A stretch of 45,286 nucleotides of DNA, taken from assembly GCA_045543595.1 (NCBI GenBank), contig JAZQMU010000178.1:1-45286 (forward strand). Reading direction: 5' to 3'. The position numbers were made by a program, and so were the translations under genes. The notes under the pieces are model-generated. The model was not told the DNA's origin. It worked only from the letters and a program-made list of their open reading frames with translations, and did no database searches. Below, piece by piece: positions 1 through 9,887 of the stretch (position 1 is its first letter; each line of letters opens with the position of its first letter). This stretch comes from Faecalimonas sp. Lineage in GTDB: Bacteria > Bacillota > Clostridia > Lachnospirales > Lachnospiraceae.

Positions 1-1
1 G

Positions 2-1870
2 CAGTTTACCATGACAACCTTGGAAGAATTAGGTCTTCTCAAGATGGACTTTTTAGGTCTTCGTACGTTGACTGTTATCCAAAATGCGGTGCAGTTGGTG
101 GAAAAGAACAGAGGAATCAAGATTGATATCGATCATATTGATTTCGATGACAAAGCAGTTTTGGATTCCATTGGAACGGGTAGAACAGATGGTGTGTTCC
201 AGCTTGAAAGCGCAGGTATGAAGAGCTTCATGAAAGAACTTAAACCACAGAGTCTGGAAGATATCATTGCGGGTATTTCCCTTTATCGTCCGGGTCCGAT
301 GGATTTTATTCCACAATATATTAAGGGTAAAAATGATCAATCATCGATCACATACGATTGTCCACAACTGGAGCCAATTTTAAAACCAACTTACGGCTGT
401 ATCGTGTATCAGGAACAGGTAATGCAGATTGTGCGTGATCTTGCAGGATATACTCTCGGCCGAAGTGACTTGCTTCGCCGTGCCATGTCAAAGAAGAAAG
501 CGGATGTTATGGCGAGAGAACGCCAAAGCTTTGTTTATGGAAATGCAGACGAAGGCGTTCCAGGATGTGTGGCAAATGGAATCAGCGAACAGGTTGCAAA
601 CAAGATTTATGACGAAATGATCGATTTCGCCAAGTATGCGTTTAATAAGTCCCACGCAGCGGCTTACGCGGTGGTTTCTTATCAGACAGCATACCTGAAA
701 CATTATTTCCCAGTGGAATTTATGGCAGCTCTTATGACTTCCGTGATCGACAACTCAGGAAAAGTTTCAGAATACATTTACACATGTCGTCAGATGGGAA
801 TTGAAATTCTTCCGCCAGATATCAACAGTGGAGAGGGTAGATTCTCTGTTGATGGGGATAATATCAGATATGGTCTTGCAGCGATCAAGAGCGTAGGCCG
901 CCCTGTGATCGAAGCGATCGTGAAAGAGCGAGAAGAGAACGGACTATTCAAACATTTGAAAGATTTTATTGAACGATTATCTGGAAAAGAAGTAAATAAG
1001 AGAACGATTGAAAGTTTCATCAAAGCAGGAGCTCTCGACAGCCTTCATGGTACCAGAAAGCAATTTATGGTGATCTATGTGAAGATTCTTGACCAGGTAA
1101 ATCAGGAAAAGAAATACTCGATGACAGGTCAGATGTCCTTGTTTGACATTGTCAGCGAAGAGCAAAAGCAAGAATTTGATATTCCACTTCCAAATGTGGG
1201 AGAATATGAAAAAGAAACCTTGCTGGCTTTTGAAAAAGAAGTGCTTGGAATTTATGTCAGCGGACATCCAATGCAGGAATATGAAGAAAAATGGCGGAAA
1301 AATATCAGTGCAACGACCTTGGATTTCCAAATTGATGAGGAAACTGGGCGTACGAAAGTGCGTGAAGGGGAAAAGGCTGTTGTTGGTGGTATGATCACTG
1401 GCAAAACGATCAAAAACACAAAGAATAACAAGACGATGGCATTTATTACAATCGAAGACTTGATGGGAACAGTGGAAGTTGTGGTATTCCCTAAGGACTA
1501 CGAAAAGAATCGTGCTTACATGGAAGAGGATAAAAAAGTCTTTGTGAAAGGTCGCGTTTCAGAAGAAGATGACAATGCAAGTAAATTAATTTGCGAATCG
1601 ATACTTCCTTTTGAACAAGTGCCATGCGAGGTCTGGATTCAATTTCCTGATATTGCCAGCTTCACGGCAGAAGAGCGAAATCTTTTTGAGATGACAAAAC
1701 ATAGTGAAGGAAACGATGGAATCGTAATTTACTGTTCGAAGGAAAAAGCTATGAAGAAGTTACCTGCCAACCGAAATGTTCATGCAGAAGCGGAACTTTT
1801 GGACAGACTGACAAAATATTACGGAAAAGACCGAGTAAAAGTAGTGGAAAAGCGAATTGATTCTTTCTAA
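2..1870 (+). CDS. dnaE: DNA polymerase III alpha subunit (5'-truncated by window edge)
   Basis: GLLKMDFLGLRTL, GVFQLES, YRPGP, YAFNKSHAAAY motifs, C-terminal OB fold; the frame is open from the window start. Confidence 0.97.
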   Translation, partial: QFTMTTLEELGLLKMDFLGLRTLTVIQNAVQLVEKNRGIKIDIDHIDFDDKAVLDSIGTGRTDGVFQLESAGMKSFMKELKPQSLEDIIAGISLYRPGPMDFIPQYIKGKNDQSSITYDCPQLEPILKPTYGCIVYQEQVMQIVRDLAGYTLGRSDLLRRAMSKKKADVMARERQSFVYGNADEGVPGCVANGISEQVANKIYDEMIDFAKYAFNKSHAAAYAVVSYQTAYLKHYFPVEFMAALMTSVIDNSGKVSEYIYTCRQMGIEILPPDINSGEGRFSVDGDNIRYGLAAIKSVGRPVIEAIVKEREENGLFKHLKDFIERLSGKEVNKRTIESFIKAGALDSLHGTRKQFMVIYVKILDQVNQEKKYSMTGQMSLFDIVSEEQKQEFDIPLPNVGEYEKETLLAFEKEVLGIYVSGHPMQEYEEKWRKNISATTLDFQIDEETGRTKVREGEKAVVGGMITGKTIKNTKNNKTMAFITIEDLMGTVEVVVFPKDYEKNRAYMEEDKKVFVKGRVSEEDDNASKLICESILPFEQVPCEVWIQFPDIASFTAEERNLFEMTKHSEGNDGIVIYCSKEKAMKKLPANRNVHAEAELLDRLTKYYGKDRVKVVEKRIDSF

Positions 1871-1918
1871 AGAATCGCTTAAAATGAAAGAAAATATAGA
1901 GCAGAGGAGGAACAACCT

Positions 1919-2887
1919 ATGTCAGACAAAAAACTTACAGTTGGTGTGTTAACAAGTGGTGGAGATGCGCCTGGAATGAATGCAGCAATTCGTGCGGTTG
2001 TTAGAACTGCATTAGCAAAGGGATACGATGTAAAAGGAATCAAACGTGGTTATCACGGGTTGTTAAGAGAAGAAATCATCACTCTTGGAAGAAGAGATGT
2101 TTCGGATATTATTCAAAAGGGTGGTACGATCCTTCAAACAGCAAGAAGTAAGGCGATGCGTACAGTTGAAGGACAAAGAGACGCTGCATGTATTTTGAAA
2201 AAATACGATATTGATGCGTTAGTAGTAATTGGTGGAGATGGTTCTTTCGCAGGTGCTCAAAAACTTTCTGAATACGGAATCAATGTAATCGGTATTCCAG
2301 GCACAATCGACCTTGATATTGCATGTACAGAATATACAATCGGTTTTGATACAGCGGCAAATACTGCTATGGAAGCAATCGACAAGATTCGTGATACTTC
2401 AACATCCCATGAAAGATGCAGTATCGTAGAAGTTATGGGACGTGATGCAGGTTACCTCGCTTTATGGTGTGGTATTGCAAACGGTGCGGAAGCAATTCTT
2501 TTACCTGAGCAACACGAATATGATGAACAAGCAATCGTAGACAGTGTGATCGAAAACAGAAAAAAAGGAAAGAAACATTATATTATCATCAATGCAGAAG
2601 GTGTTGGCGATTCGATCAATATGGCTAAGAGAATTGAAGAGGCTACAGAGTTAGAAACAAGAGCAACAATTCTTGGGCACTTACAACGTGGCGGCTCACC
2701 TACTGTGAAAGATAGAGTATACGCTTCTATTATGGGGGCAAAAGCAGTAGAACTTATTGCAGAAGGAAAGAAAAACCGTGTGGTTGGTTACCAACATGGT
2801 GAATACATTGACTTTGATATTAATGATGCGCTTAAGATGCACAAAGAAATCCCAGAGTTCCACATAGAGGTTGCGAATACACTCTAA
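1919..2887 (+). CDS. pfkA: ATP-dependent 6-phosphofructokinase
   Basis: TSGGDAPGMNAA, IGGDGS, TIDLD, EVMGR, LGHLQRGG; RBS GAGGAGG; follows dnaE. Confidence 0.96.
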   Translation: MSDKKLTVGVLTSGGDAPGMNAAIRAVVRTALAKGYDVKGIKRGYHGLLREEIITLGRRDVSDIIQKGGTILQTARSKAMRTVEGQRDAACILKKYDIDALVVIGGDGSFAGAQKLSEYGINVIGIPGTIDLDIACTEYTIGFDTAANTAMEAIDKIRDTSTSHERCSIVEVMGRDAGYLALWCGIANGAEAILLPEQHEYDEQAIVDSVIENRKKGKKHYIIINAEGVGDSINMAKRIEEATELETRATILGHLQRGGSPTVKDRVYASIMGAKAVELIAEGKKNRVVGYQHGEYIDFDINDALKMHKEIPEFHIEVANTL

Positions 2888-2917
2888 TTTTAGTGGCAAG
2901 TTAAAGGAGAAATTGTT

Positions 2918-3745
2918 TTGAACAAGGATGTTAAAAAAACGGCGCCAATTGGGGTGTTCGATTCTGGAGTCGGCGGACTTACTGTGGCACGTGAAATCAT
3001 GCGTCACCTTCCAAATGAAGATATTGTTTACTTTGGAGATACAGCCCGTGTTCCATACGGTAACAAATCAAAAGATAATATCATTCGATACAGCAGACAG
3101 ATCATTAATTTTCTGAAGACAAAAAACGTAAAAGCTATTGTGATCGCTTGTAATACTGCAAGTGCACAGGCTTTGGATACGGTGACACAGGAATTTGATA
3201 TTCCAATCATCGGTGTGGTAGAACCAGGAGCAAGAGCAGCTCTGGAAGTGACACAGACAAAGAAGGTTGGTGTGATCGGAACAGAAGGTACTGTTCGAAG
3301 CGGCATGTATGAGAAGGTTATTCAAGGTATGCAGCCAGATGTGTCGGTAGTGACAAAAGCATGTCCGCTCTTTGTTCCCCTTGTGGAAGAAGGATTTAAA
3401 AACCATCCTGTAACAGAGGAGATCATTGATTTTTACCTGGCGTCGTTGAAAGAAACAGACATTGATTCTCTGATCTTAGGGTGCACACATTATCCATTGC
3501 TCCGTTCAAAGATCATGGAGTATGTTGGAGAAAAGATCAAACTTGTGAATCCGGCATATGAAACAGCAATGGATCTAAAAAAACTGTTAGAAGAAAATGA
3601 TATGGAAAACCCAGGAATAGAAGGAGAACATGGTTCATATTCCTTCTATGTGAGTGACGCAGCAGATAAATTTAAACAATTTGCCAACTCAATTTTGCCA
3701 TATGATATTGAGACAACAAAACAAATCAATATAGAAGAATATTAG
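2918..3745 (+). CDS. murI: glutamate racemase
   Basis: FDSGVGG, PYG, IACNTAS and ILGCTHYP catalytic Cys motifs. Confidence 0.96.
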   Translation: MNKDVKKTAPIGVFDSGVGGLTVAREIMRHLPNEDIVYFGDTARVPYGNKSKDNIIRYSRQIINFLKTKNVKAIVIACNTASAQALDTVTQEFDIPIIGVVEPGARAALEVTQTKKVGVIGTEGTVRSGMYEKVIQGMQPDVSVVTKACPLFVPLVEEGFKNHPVTEEIIDFYLASLKETDIDSLILGCTHYPLLRSKIMEYVGEKIKLVNPAYETAMDLKKLLEENDMENPGIEGEHGSYSFYVSDAADKFKQFANSILPYDIETTKQINIEEY

Positions 3746-3753
3746 GTGGATAT

Positions 3754-4230
3754 ATGACAAAAGATGTATTAGTGAGTGTTTCTGGATTGCAGACTGCTGT
3801 AAATGATATGGAGAGTTATGATGAAGGACCGATTGAAGTCGTTAGTGCTGGTACTTATTTCTTTAAAGATGGGAAACATTACATCTTCTATGAAGAGATG
3901 GCAGAAGGCATTTCAGGAGTTACAAAAACGCAGATCAGAATAAATGGAAAAGATTCTCTGGAAGTGAGAAAAAAGGGGATTTCCAATGTAAACATGGTGT
4001 TTGAAAAAAATAAAAACAACCGTTGTTTTTACCAGACACCATTTGGGCAATTAAACCTTGGGATCTTCACCACAGAAATTGTAGTGGAAGAGTCGGAAGA
4101 TAATATCAATATCCGGGCAGAATATGCTATGGATGTAAACTATGAACCTTTGGCAGACTGTACAATTCGTATTAATGTGAAGCCAAGGGATGCAAGAGAC
4201 TTTTCACTTCAGGAAAAAATGGATTTTTAG
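3754..4230 (+). CDS. DUF1934/YwiB-like beta-barrel protein
   Basis: 158 aa, beta-rich, YxTPFG motif; this family commonly lies next to murI. Confidence 0.75.
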   Translation: MTKDVLVSVSGLQTAVNDMESYDEGPIEVVSAGTYFFKDGKHYIFYEEMAEGISGVTKTQIRINGKDSLEVRKKGISNVNMVFEKNKNNRCFYQTPFGQLNLGIFTTEIVVEESEDNINIRAEYAMDVNYEPLADCTIRINVKPRDARDFSLQEKMDF

Positions 4231-4232
4231 AT

Positions 4233-4269
4233 AAAAAATAAGTTCCTCAAGTCGAGGAACTTATTTTTT
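4233..4269. terminator. bidirectional intrinsic terminator
   Basis: AAAAAATAAGTTCCTC-aagtc-GAGGAACTTATTTTTT between convergent genes. Confidence 0.9.
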
Positions 4270-4709
4270 TATTTCTTGAATAATCTTTTGAAAAATCCTT
4301 TTTTAGCTTCTGGAGCTGCTAATGGACCTCTGATACCTTTTACTTCTGTAATGTAGATACCGCTTACTACAGCTTTTACTTCCTTCTTTACAGGAATAAG
4401 GTCAAAAATCCTTTGGTCACACATTAAAGTCATGATTCTTGGACCAACTTTAGCCTTAACAACAGGTACTTTTGAACCACGAAGATACTTTGGTGTGTTT
4501 TCAAGTACTGCAGCAGGAAGACCAGCGTCTTTGATCTTCATACGTTTCTTGTCAATGATAAGCATTGAATAGTTTTGTGCCATAGCTTTTAATTGCGCTT
4601 GTTGGTCATCTTGTTTCTTTTGTAATTTCTTTCCCCAGAAATATAATCCGATAATAACAGCAATTAAGATTACAATTACTACGATCCCGATAATTTGTCC
4701 AGTAGTCAC
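4269..4709 (-). CDS. conserved hypothetical protein with a single N-terminal TM helix
   Basis: 146 aa, hydrophobic N-terminus, basic soluble domain, G-rich RBS. Confidence 0.75.
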   Translation of the reverse strand: MTTGQIIGIVVIVILIAVIIGLYFWGKKLQKKQDDQQAQLKAMAQNYSMLIIDKKRMKIKDAGLPAAVLENTPKYLRGSKVPVVKAKVGPRIMTLMCDQRIFDLIPVKKEVKAVVSGIYITEVKGIRGPLAAPEAKKGFFKRLFKK

Positions 4710-4916
4710 GATAGACCCCCCTAAATGTTATTCTTATGTAATGAACTCTTTTTACATAAGAGTCATTGTAACATTCTTTTGTGGTAAGTGCAAGTGATTT
4801 ACAAAGAAATGTGAGGGTGAACAATTTGAGAAATCCTTGGAAATACTTTTCAAATGAGTCAAATGTGATATAATATAACTGTGTGTGTCAAAATAAAGAA
4901 GAATTGGAGATAAAAA

Positions 4917-5939
4917 ATGAAAAAGAAAATATTAGCATGTGTTATGGGAATGACAATGATGGCAGCTCTTGTAGGTTGCGGAAAAAGTGGCATTTCCAAC
5001 GATATTGTTTCTATTGAACAGTACAAAGAATTGAAAGTAAAAGACGTAGCGGTTATAGAGGTAACAGAAGAAGAAGTGAACGAAAGCATCGCTTATACAC
5101 TTCAAGTGACAGCCGCTGATCATGGGATTAAAGACAGAGCTGCAGAAGATGGTGATACAGTAATCATTGATTATGAAGGAAAGCTTGACGGAGTGGCATT
5201 CCAAGGAGGAACAGCTCAAAAACAAGCATTGACATTAGGTTCTGGTACATTTATTCCTGGATTTGAAGAACAGATTGTAGGACATATGCCAGGAGAAACA
5301 TTTGATATTAACGTAACGTTTCCAAAGGATTATGGTGTGGATGAATTAAATGGTCAAGATACAGTATTTACAATCGTATTCCATGCAATCGTTCCTACAG
5401 AAATTACAGATGAGATTGCGACAGCACTTGTTGGAGCGAAAACAACTGTTGAGGAATACAGAGAAATTGTAAAGGGAGATCTAGAAGAATCCAATGCATT
5501 GACAGCAGAAAGCAACTATGCAAACGCAGTATATTCGGCATTTGTAAAACAATGTACAATGAAAACTTATCCGGAAGAAGAGTTGAAGGCATGGACTGAA
5601 ATCATGGAAGAAGAATACAGTATGTATGCCGAATATCAAGGAATGGAAACAGATGAGTTTTTAAAAGAGTACTATGGAACAACATGCGAAGAGTTGGCAA
5701 AAGAACAAGTATGTTTTTCAAACGCAGCGAATTTGGTTGCGGAAGAAGAGGGCATTGAATTAACATTAGAAGAATATGATGAACTTTTAACAGCACAAGC
5801 AGTGAACTTTGGTTACGAAAAACCTGAAGATTATGAGAAAGCATACGATGAAGCATATGGCGAAGGTGCATTAAAGGATTATTTCCTTCAGGAAAAAGTG
5901 GTACAATGGCTTGTAGATAATAGTGTAAAAGTAAAGTAG
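4917..5939 (+). CDS. trigger factor-like FKBP peptidyl-prolyl isomerase lipoprotein
   Basis: lipobox ALVGC; DYEGKLDGVAFQGG and LGSGTFIPGFEEQ FKBP motifs; helical C-domain. Confidence 0.85.
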   Translation: MKKKILACVMGMTMMAALVGCGKSGISNDIVSIEQYKELKVKDVAVIEVTEEEVNESIAYTLQVTAADHGIKDRAAEDGDTVIIDYEGKLDGVAFQGGTAQKQALTLGSGTFIPGFEEQIVGHMPGETFDINVTFPKDYGVDELNGQDTVFTIVFHAIVPTEITDEIATALVGAKTTVEEYREIVKGDLEESNALTAESNYANAVYSAFVKQCTMKTYPEEELKAWTEIMEEEYSMYAEYQGMETDEFLKEYYGTTCEELAKEQVCFSNAANLVAEEEGIELTLEEYDELLTAQAVNFGYEKPEDYEKAYDEAYGEGALKDYFLQEKVVQWLVDNSVKVK

Positions 5940-5949
5940 GAAGAGAGTA

Positions 5950-7077
5950 ATGTTAAAAAGACATAGGATAATTTGGCGAATTGCACAGCCTATTATAAAA
6001 CTGTTGGTGTATGTGAAATTTGGGTATCGATGTAAAAATGCGGAAAATCTGCCAGAGAAGTATATTGTTCTCTCAAATCATACAACAGATTGGGATCCGC
6101 TTTTCGTGGCATCGAGTTTTCGTGATCAGATGTACTTTGTTGCGAGTGAGCACATCGCAAGATGGGGATTTGTATTTAAGATCATTGATTGGCTGGTGGC
6201 ACCGATTGTTCGATACAAAGGAACAACAGCCACAGTAACAGTTATGGATATGCTTCGCAAGATTCGCGAGGGGGCAAATGTCTGTATGTTTGCAGAAGGT
6301 GCTCGAAGCTGGGATGGTGAGACAGCAGCATTCTTACCATCAACGGGTAAGGTTGTAAAAAGTGCAAGATGTGGTCTTGTTACATATCGTTTGGAAGGTG
6401 GGTACTTTGTCAGCCCAAGATGGAGTAGTTCACTGAGACGAGGACGAATCTATGGTGCGCCAGTTAATGTGTACACAAAAGAGCAGCTTGCGAAGATGAG
6501 TGTGGAAGAAATCAATGCAGCGATTGCAAGAGATCTACACGAGGATGCATATGAACGACAGATGAAGAGTCCGGTACGTTATAAGGGAAAAAACTTGGCA
6601 GAAAATATGGAGAATCTTCTGTTTATCTGTCCAAAATGTGGGGCGATCGATGCTTTCCAATCACATGGCAATACAGTTTCATGTAAAAAATGTGATTTGG
6701 AATTCAAGTATACAGAATATGGTATGCTGGAGGGAGCTCCATTTAAAACAGTTTATGAATTTGCCAAATGGCAAAGAGAAGAAGCGAAGAAACTTGTTGA
6801 GCAAAAACAGATTTTCACTGCTTCAAATGCGATATTAAAAACAGTCGCAAATCACGTGGAAGAGATGGTGGATGAGGGACCAGTGTCTCTTGGAGCGGAA
6901 GGTATATCAGTGGGAAATACGAAGATTCCGCTTGAGGATATCATGGACCTCAATATGCATGGTAAACGTGGAATCGTATTTTCAACAAAGGATGCTTACT
7001 ATGAAATGAAACCAGATGAGGGGACATGTGCATATAAGTTCCACTTGGTATACGATTTATACAAAGGAAATTCGTGA
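5950..7077 (+). CDS. PlsC-family lysophospholipid acyltransferase
   Basis: NHTTDWD (NHx4D) and FAEGARS motifs; C-terminal CPKC...CKKC zinc ribbon. Confidence 0.85.
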   Translation: MLKRHRIIWRIAQPIIKLLVYVKFGYRCKNAENLPEKYIVLSNHTTDWDPLFVASSFRDQMYFVASEHIARWGFVFKIIDWLVAPIVRYKGTTATVTVMDMLRKIREGANVCMFAEGARSWDGETAAFLPSTGKVVKSARCGLVTYRLEGGYFVSPRWSSSLRRGRIYGAPVNVYTKEQLAKMSVEEINAAIARDLHEDAYERQMKSPVRYKGKNLAENMENLLFICPKCGAIDAFQSHGNTVSCKKCDLEFKYTEYGMLEGAPFKTVYEFAKWQREEAKKLVEQKQIFTASNAILKTVANHVEEMVDEGPVSLGAEGISVGNTKIPLEDIMDLNMHGKRGIVFSTKDAYYEMKPDEGTCAYKFHLVYDLYKGNS

Positions 7078-7104
7078 GAGTAACAAAAGAGAGAGGGCGG
7101 ATTT

Positions 7105-8484
7105 ATGGATTATTCAGCAGCTAATACGGCACTTTGGGCACCAATAGTTCAAATAGGACTTATCGCTGGAGTATTGCTTTTAGCAAATGTACTTCGCAGA
7201 AAAATTCCTTTTATCAGAAAAACATTAATGCCAACAGCAGTGTTGGGTGGCTTTTTATTACTTGCCTTAAAATATTTGAATGTAGTGAACGTAAGTACAC
7301 AATTTTTGGAAATGCTTACATATCATGCGCTTGGAATTGGTTTCATTGCGATGTCACTTCGTGTTCCAGAAAAAGGAAGTAGTTCTGACGCAAAAATTGG
7401 AAGTAAAAGTGGAGCTCTTATTGTAAGTACATATTTGGTACAAGCACTTGTAGGGCTCGCAATTTCGCTTGTTCTTGCATATACGATCATGCCAGACCTT
7501 TTCAAAGCGAGTGGTATCTTGCTCCCAATGGCGTACGGACAAGGTCCGGGACAAGCTAATAACGTAGGTGCAACATACGAAGCCCTGGGAATGATAGGTG
7601 GACGTAGTTTTGGTATGTCCCTTGCAGCCGCAGGATATTTATGTGCCTGCCTTGTTGGTGTGTTGTTCCTGAACATTTATAATCGTAAGGGAAAAGTGAA
7701 TCGTACGACTCCTGATGATATTATTTCAGGTTCAGTTACAATCGATACATTCCAAGATGAGAACGAGATTCCAATCGAAGAATCCGTAGATAAATTAAGT
7801 GTGCAGGTTGCACTTATCGTGTTAGTGTACTTGCTTACATATTTGGTTACTTGGGGAATTTCAAGTGGTCTTTCAGCAGTAGCACCAGGAGTTGGTGCGA
7901 CAGTATCCACATTACTTTGGGGATTTAACTTTATTATCGGTTCTGTAGTAGCTATGGGATGTCGTTTGGTGATTTCGCGTCTCCGTGCTATGAAGTTGAT
8001 GAACAGACAGTATCAGAACAACTATCTGCTCAACCGTGTATCAGGTCTTGCATTTGACGTGATGATCATTGCAGGTATTGCAAGTATCAATATTGAACAA
8101 CTTAAAGGAATGTTACTTCCATTTATTCTAATGGCAGTTGCAGGCGGTATTGTTACTTTTGTATATTTGAAACACATGTGTAAGAAACTTTATCCAGAGT
8201 ACGAAAATGAAGGATTTTTCTCAATGTACGGAATGCTTACAGGTACAATCAGTTCAGGTGTTCTTTTGCTTCGTGAAATTGACCCTGGATTTAAAACACC
8301 AGCAGCAAACAACCTTGTAACAGGTAGTTCATTTGGTATCTTATTTGGGGCACCAGTATTATTGCTTGTGAGTTTGGCAGCTAAATCAGATCTTATGGTA
8401 TTTGTTGTTGTGGGACTGGCTGCATTATATTTAGTATTATTGCTATTATTTATTTTTAAAGTTGGGAAAAGAAATAAGAAATAA
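7105..8484 (+). CDS. sodium:glutamate symporter (GltS/ESS)-like transporter
   Basis: about 12 TM segments, PTAVLGG, GQGPGQA, YGMLTGT..GVLLLREIDP. Confidence 0.75.
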   Translation: MDYSAANTALWAPIVQIGLIAGVLLLANVLRRKIPFIRKTLMPTAVLGGFLLLALKYLNVVNVSTQFLEMLTYHALGIGFIAMSLRVPEKGSSSDAKIGSKSGALIVSTYLVQALVGLAISLVLAYTIMPDLFKASGILLPMAYGQGPGQANNVGATYEALGMIGGRSFGMSLAAAGYLCACLVGVLFLNIYNRKGKVNRTTPDDIISGSVTIDTFQDENEIPIEESVDKLSVQVALIVLVYLLTYLVTWGISSGLSAVAPGVGATVSTLLWGFNFIIGSVVAMGCRLVISRLRAMKLMNRQYQNNYLLNRVSGLAFDVMIIAGIASINIEQLKGMLLPFILMAVAGGIVTFVYLKHMCKKLYPEYENEGFFSMYGMLTGTISSGVLLLREIDPGFKTPAANNLVTGSSFGILFGAPVLLLVSLAAKSDLMVFVVVGLAALYLVLLLLFIFKVGKRNKK

Positions 8485-8495
8485 GAAATAAATAG

Positions 8496-8525
8496 AAACT
8501 CCTTGGCGCTGGCCAAGGAGTTTTT
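8496..8525. terminator. intrinsic terminator between convergent genes
   Basis: AAACTCCTTGGC-gctg-GCCAAGGAGTTT plus T tract. Confidence 0.88.
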
Positions 8526-8541
8526 GAATTACATTCCTATT

Positions 8542-9765
8542 TTAATTAATTTTTCTCAATTTATAAACATAATACCCTGCGCCAGCAAGAATTTCTGTTG
8601 CAATCAACATTATAAATAATCCTGAAATAAGAGATACTCTATTATAGGTTTCAATAGAGCCTTGCCTTGTCAGAACTTTTATAGGCAATCCATTTTCAGA
8701 GTTATCAAAGTCAAAATTTATGACTGAAAAAGCATTGTTATCTGTTCGGTATTCGCAGAGAACTTCACCATTTGGTCCAACAATTTCATCCATTTCTGCT
8801 ACAGATTCAAAGTACTCCCAATCTTCTTCAGCAAGTGCAGCTGGATCCATATCACCAAAATATTCTTTAAAAGTCAATTCTTCGGCATATTTTTCAAAAG
8901 CATCATAGCTATCAAACACTTCATATTTTGCAAACCAGTAATATCCAAAAGAATTTATGATGACCAAAGCAACAAGTGTTGGAAGAATCATAAATCCCAC
9001 TACCTTGAAAACTTTTTTAAATAAGCGAGTTTGTTTTTCTCTGTCAGGGGTCTTCGGCTTAAACTTAAACAGATATATAGTGTAAGTAATAAATAAAGTG
9101 GCGAGAGAGAAAATAAATCCCAAAACAATCCAAGCGGCAGTATCAATTCCTGTGTAGGCCATATTAAATAACCCAAGAGGAAGAAGAAAAGCAAAAGCTT
9201 CTAAAGCGATAAAATAAATCAACGTGTTTTTTGATTTGAGTTTTTGATTATACGCTTCACTTTCTTCAACATGACTATCTTCTTCATCAATAAATAAAAC
9301 ATAGTCCGTATAACCTGCGTGTTGAAGCACTACTGCAATTACGATAAAAATAGTGCCAAGCAGAAATCCCAAAATGCCGCGAGTAAAACAAATATCGCAG
9401 ATTGCAGCGATAAGTATACCAATTGCCATTACACTGCAAGCAATCACGCTTCGGTTTTTGTATTGCTGGTATTTTTTATGTATCATGTAACGGAATTGTT
9501 TGTCGCTTTTTACTTTGCTTTTCGTTTCATCGTTAGATGAAGTGTTTTGTGTTGTATTTCGTTCTCCTCTGAGAAGTTCATCTGCAGTAATGTCAAATAT
9601 TTCTGCTATAGCAGGAATCAATGAAAGATCAGGAAGACTTTCGTCACATTCCCAGCGGCTTATTGTTTTGTCTGATACTAATAATTTGTCGCCAAGTTCC
9701 TTTTGGGTCATTCCGTTAGCCTTACGTAGAACGGCGATAAATTTACCAATTGTTTTCTTTTCCAT
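8542..9765 (-). CDS. XRE-family HTH regulator with multiple membrane segments
   Basis: IGKFIAVLRK..MTQKELG..VSDKTISRWE..PD HTH followed by TM helices; start moved to ATG 9765 (RBS GGAGGT). Confidence 0.85.
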   Translation of the reverse strand: MEKKTIGKFIAVLRKANGMTQKELGDKLLVSDKTISRWECDESLPDLSLIPAIAEIFDITADELLRGERNTTQNTSSNDETKSKVKSDKQFRYMIHKKYQQYKNRSVIACSVMAIGILIAAICDICFTRGILGFLLGTIFIVIAVVLQHAGYTDYVLFIDEEDSHVEESEAYNQKLKSKNTLIYFIALEAFAFLLPLGLFNMAYTGIDTAAWIVLGFIFSLATLFITYTIYLFKFKPKTPDREKQTRLFKKVFKVVGFMILPTLVALVIINSFGYYWFAKYEVFDSYDAFEKYAEELTFKEYFGDMDPAALAEEDWEYFESVAEMDEIVGPNGEVLCEYRTDNNAFSVINFDFDNSENGLPIKVLTRQGSIETYNRVSLISGLFIMLIATEILAGAGYYVYKLRKIN

Positions 9766-9887
9766 AGTTATGACCTCCAAATCAAATATGGATAACGTTA
9801 TCTTTGAGTGTATTCTCGCACATAGGGAGAAAAAAAGCCACATCTGAAGCAAGGAATTACTCCCGGAATATGAGAATTGGTGTATTT

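Noticed and set aside
8468-8492. AAGAAAT x3 microrepeat at the end of the symporter gene
   Set aside because: Short low-complexity duplication around the stop codon with no sign of function
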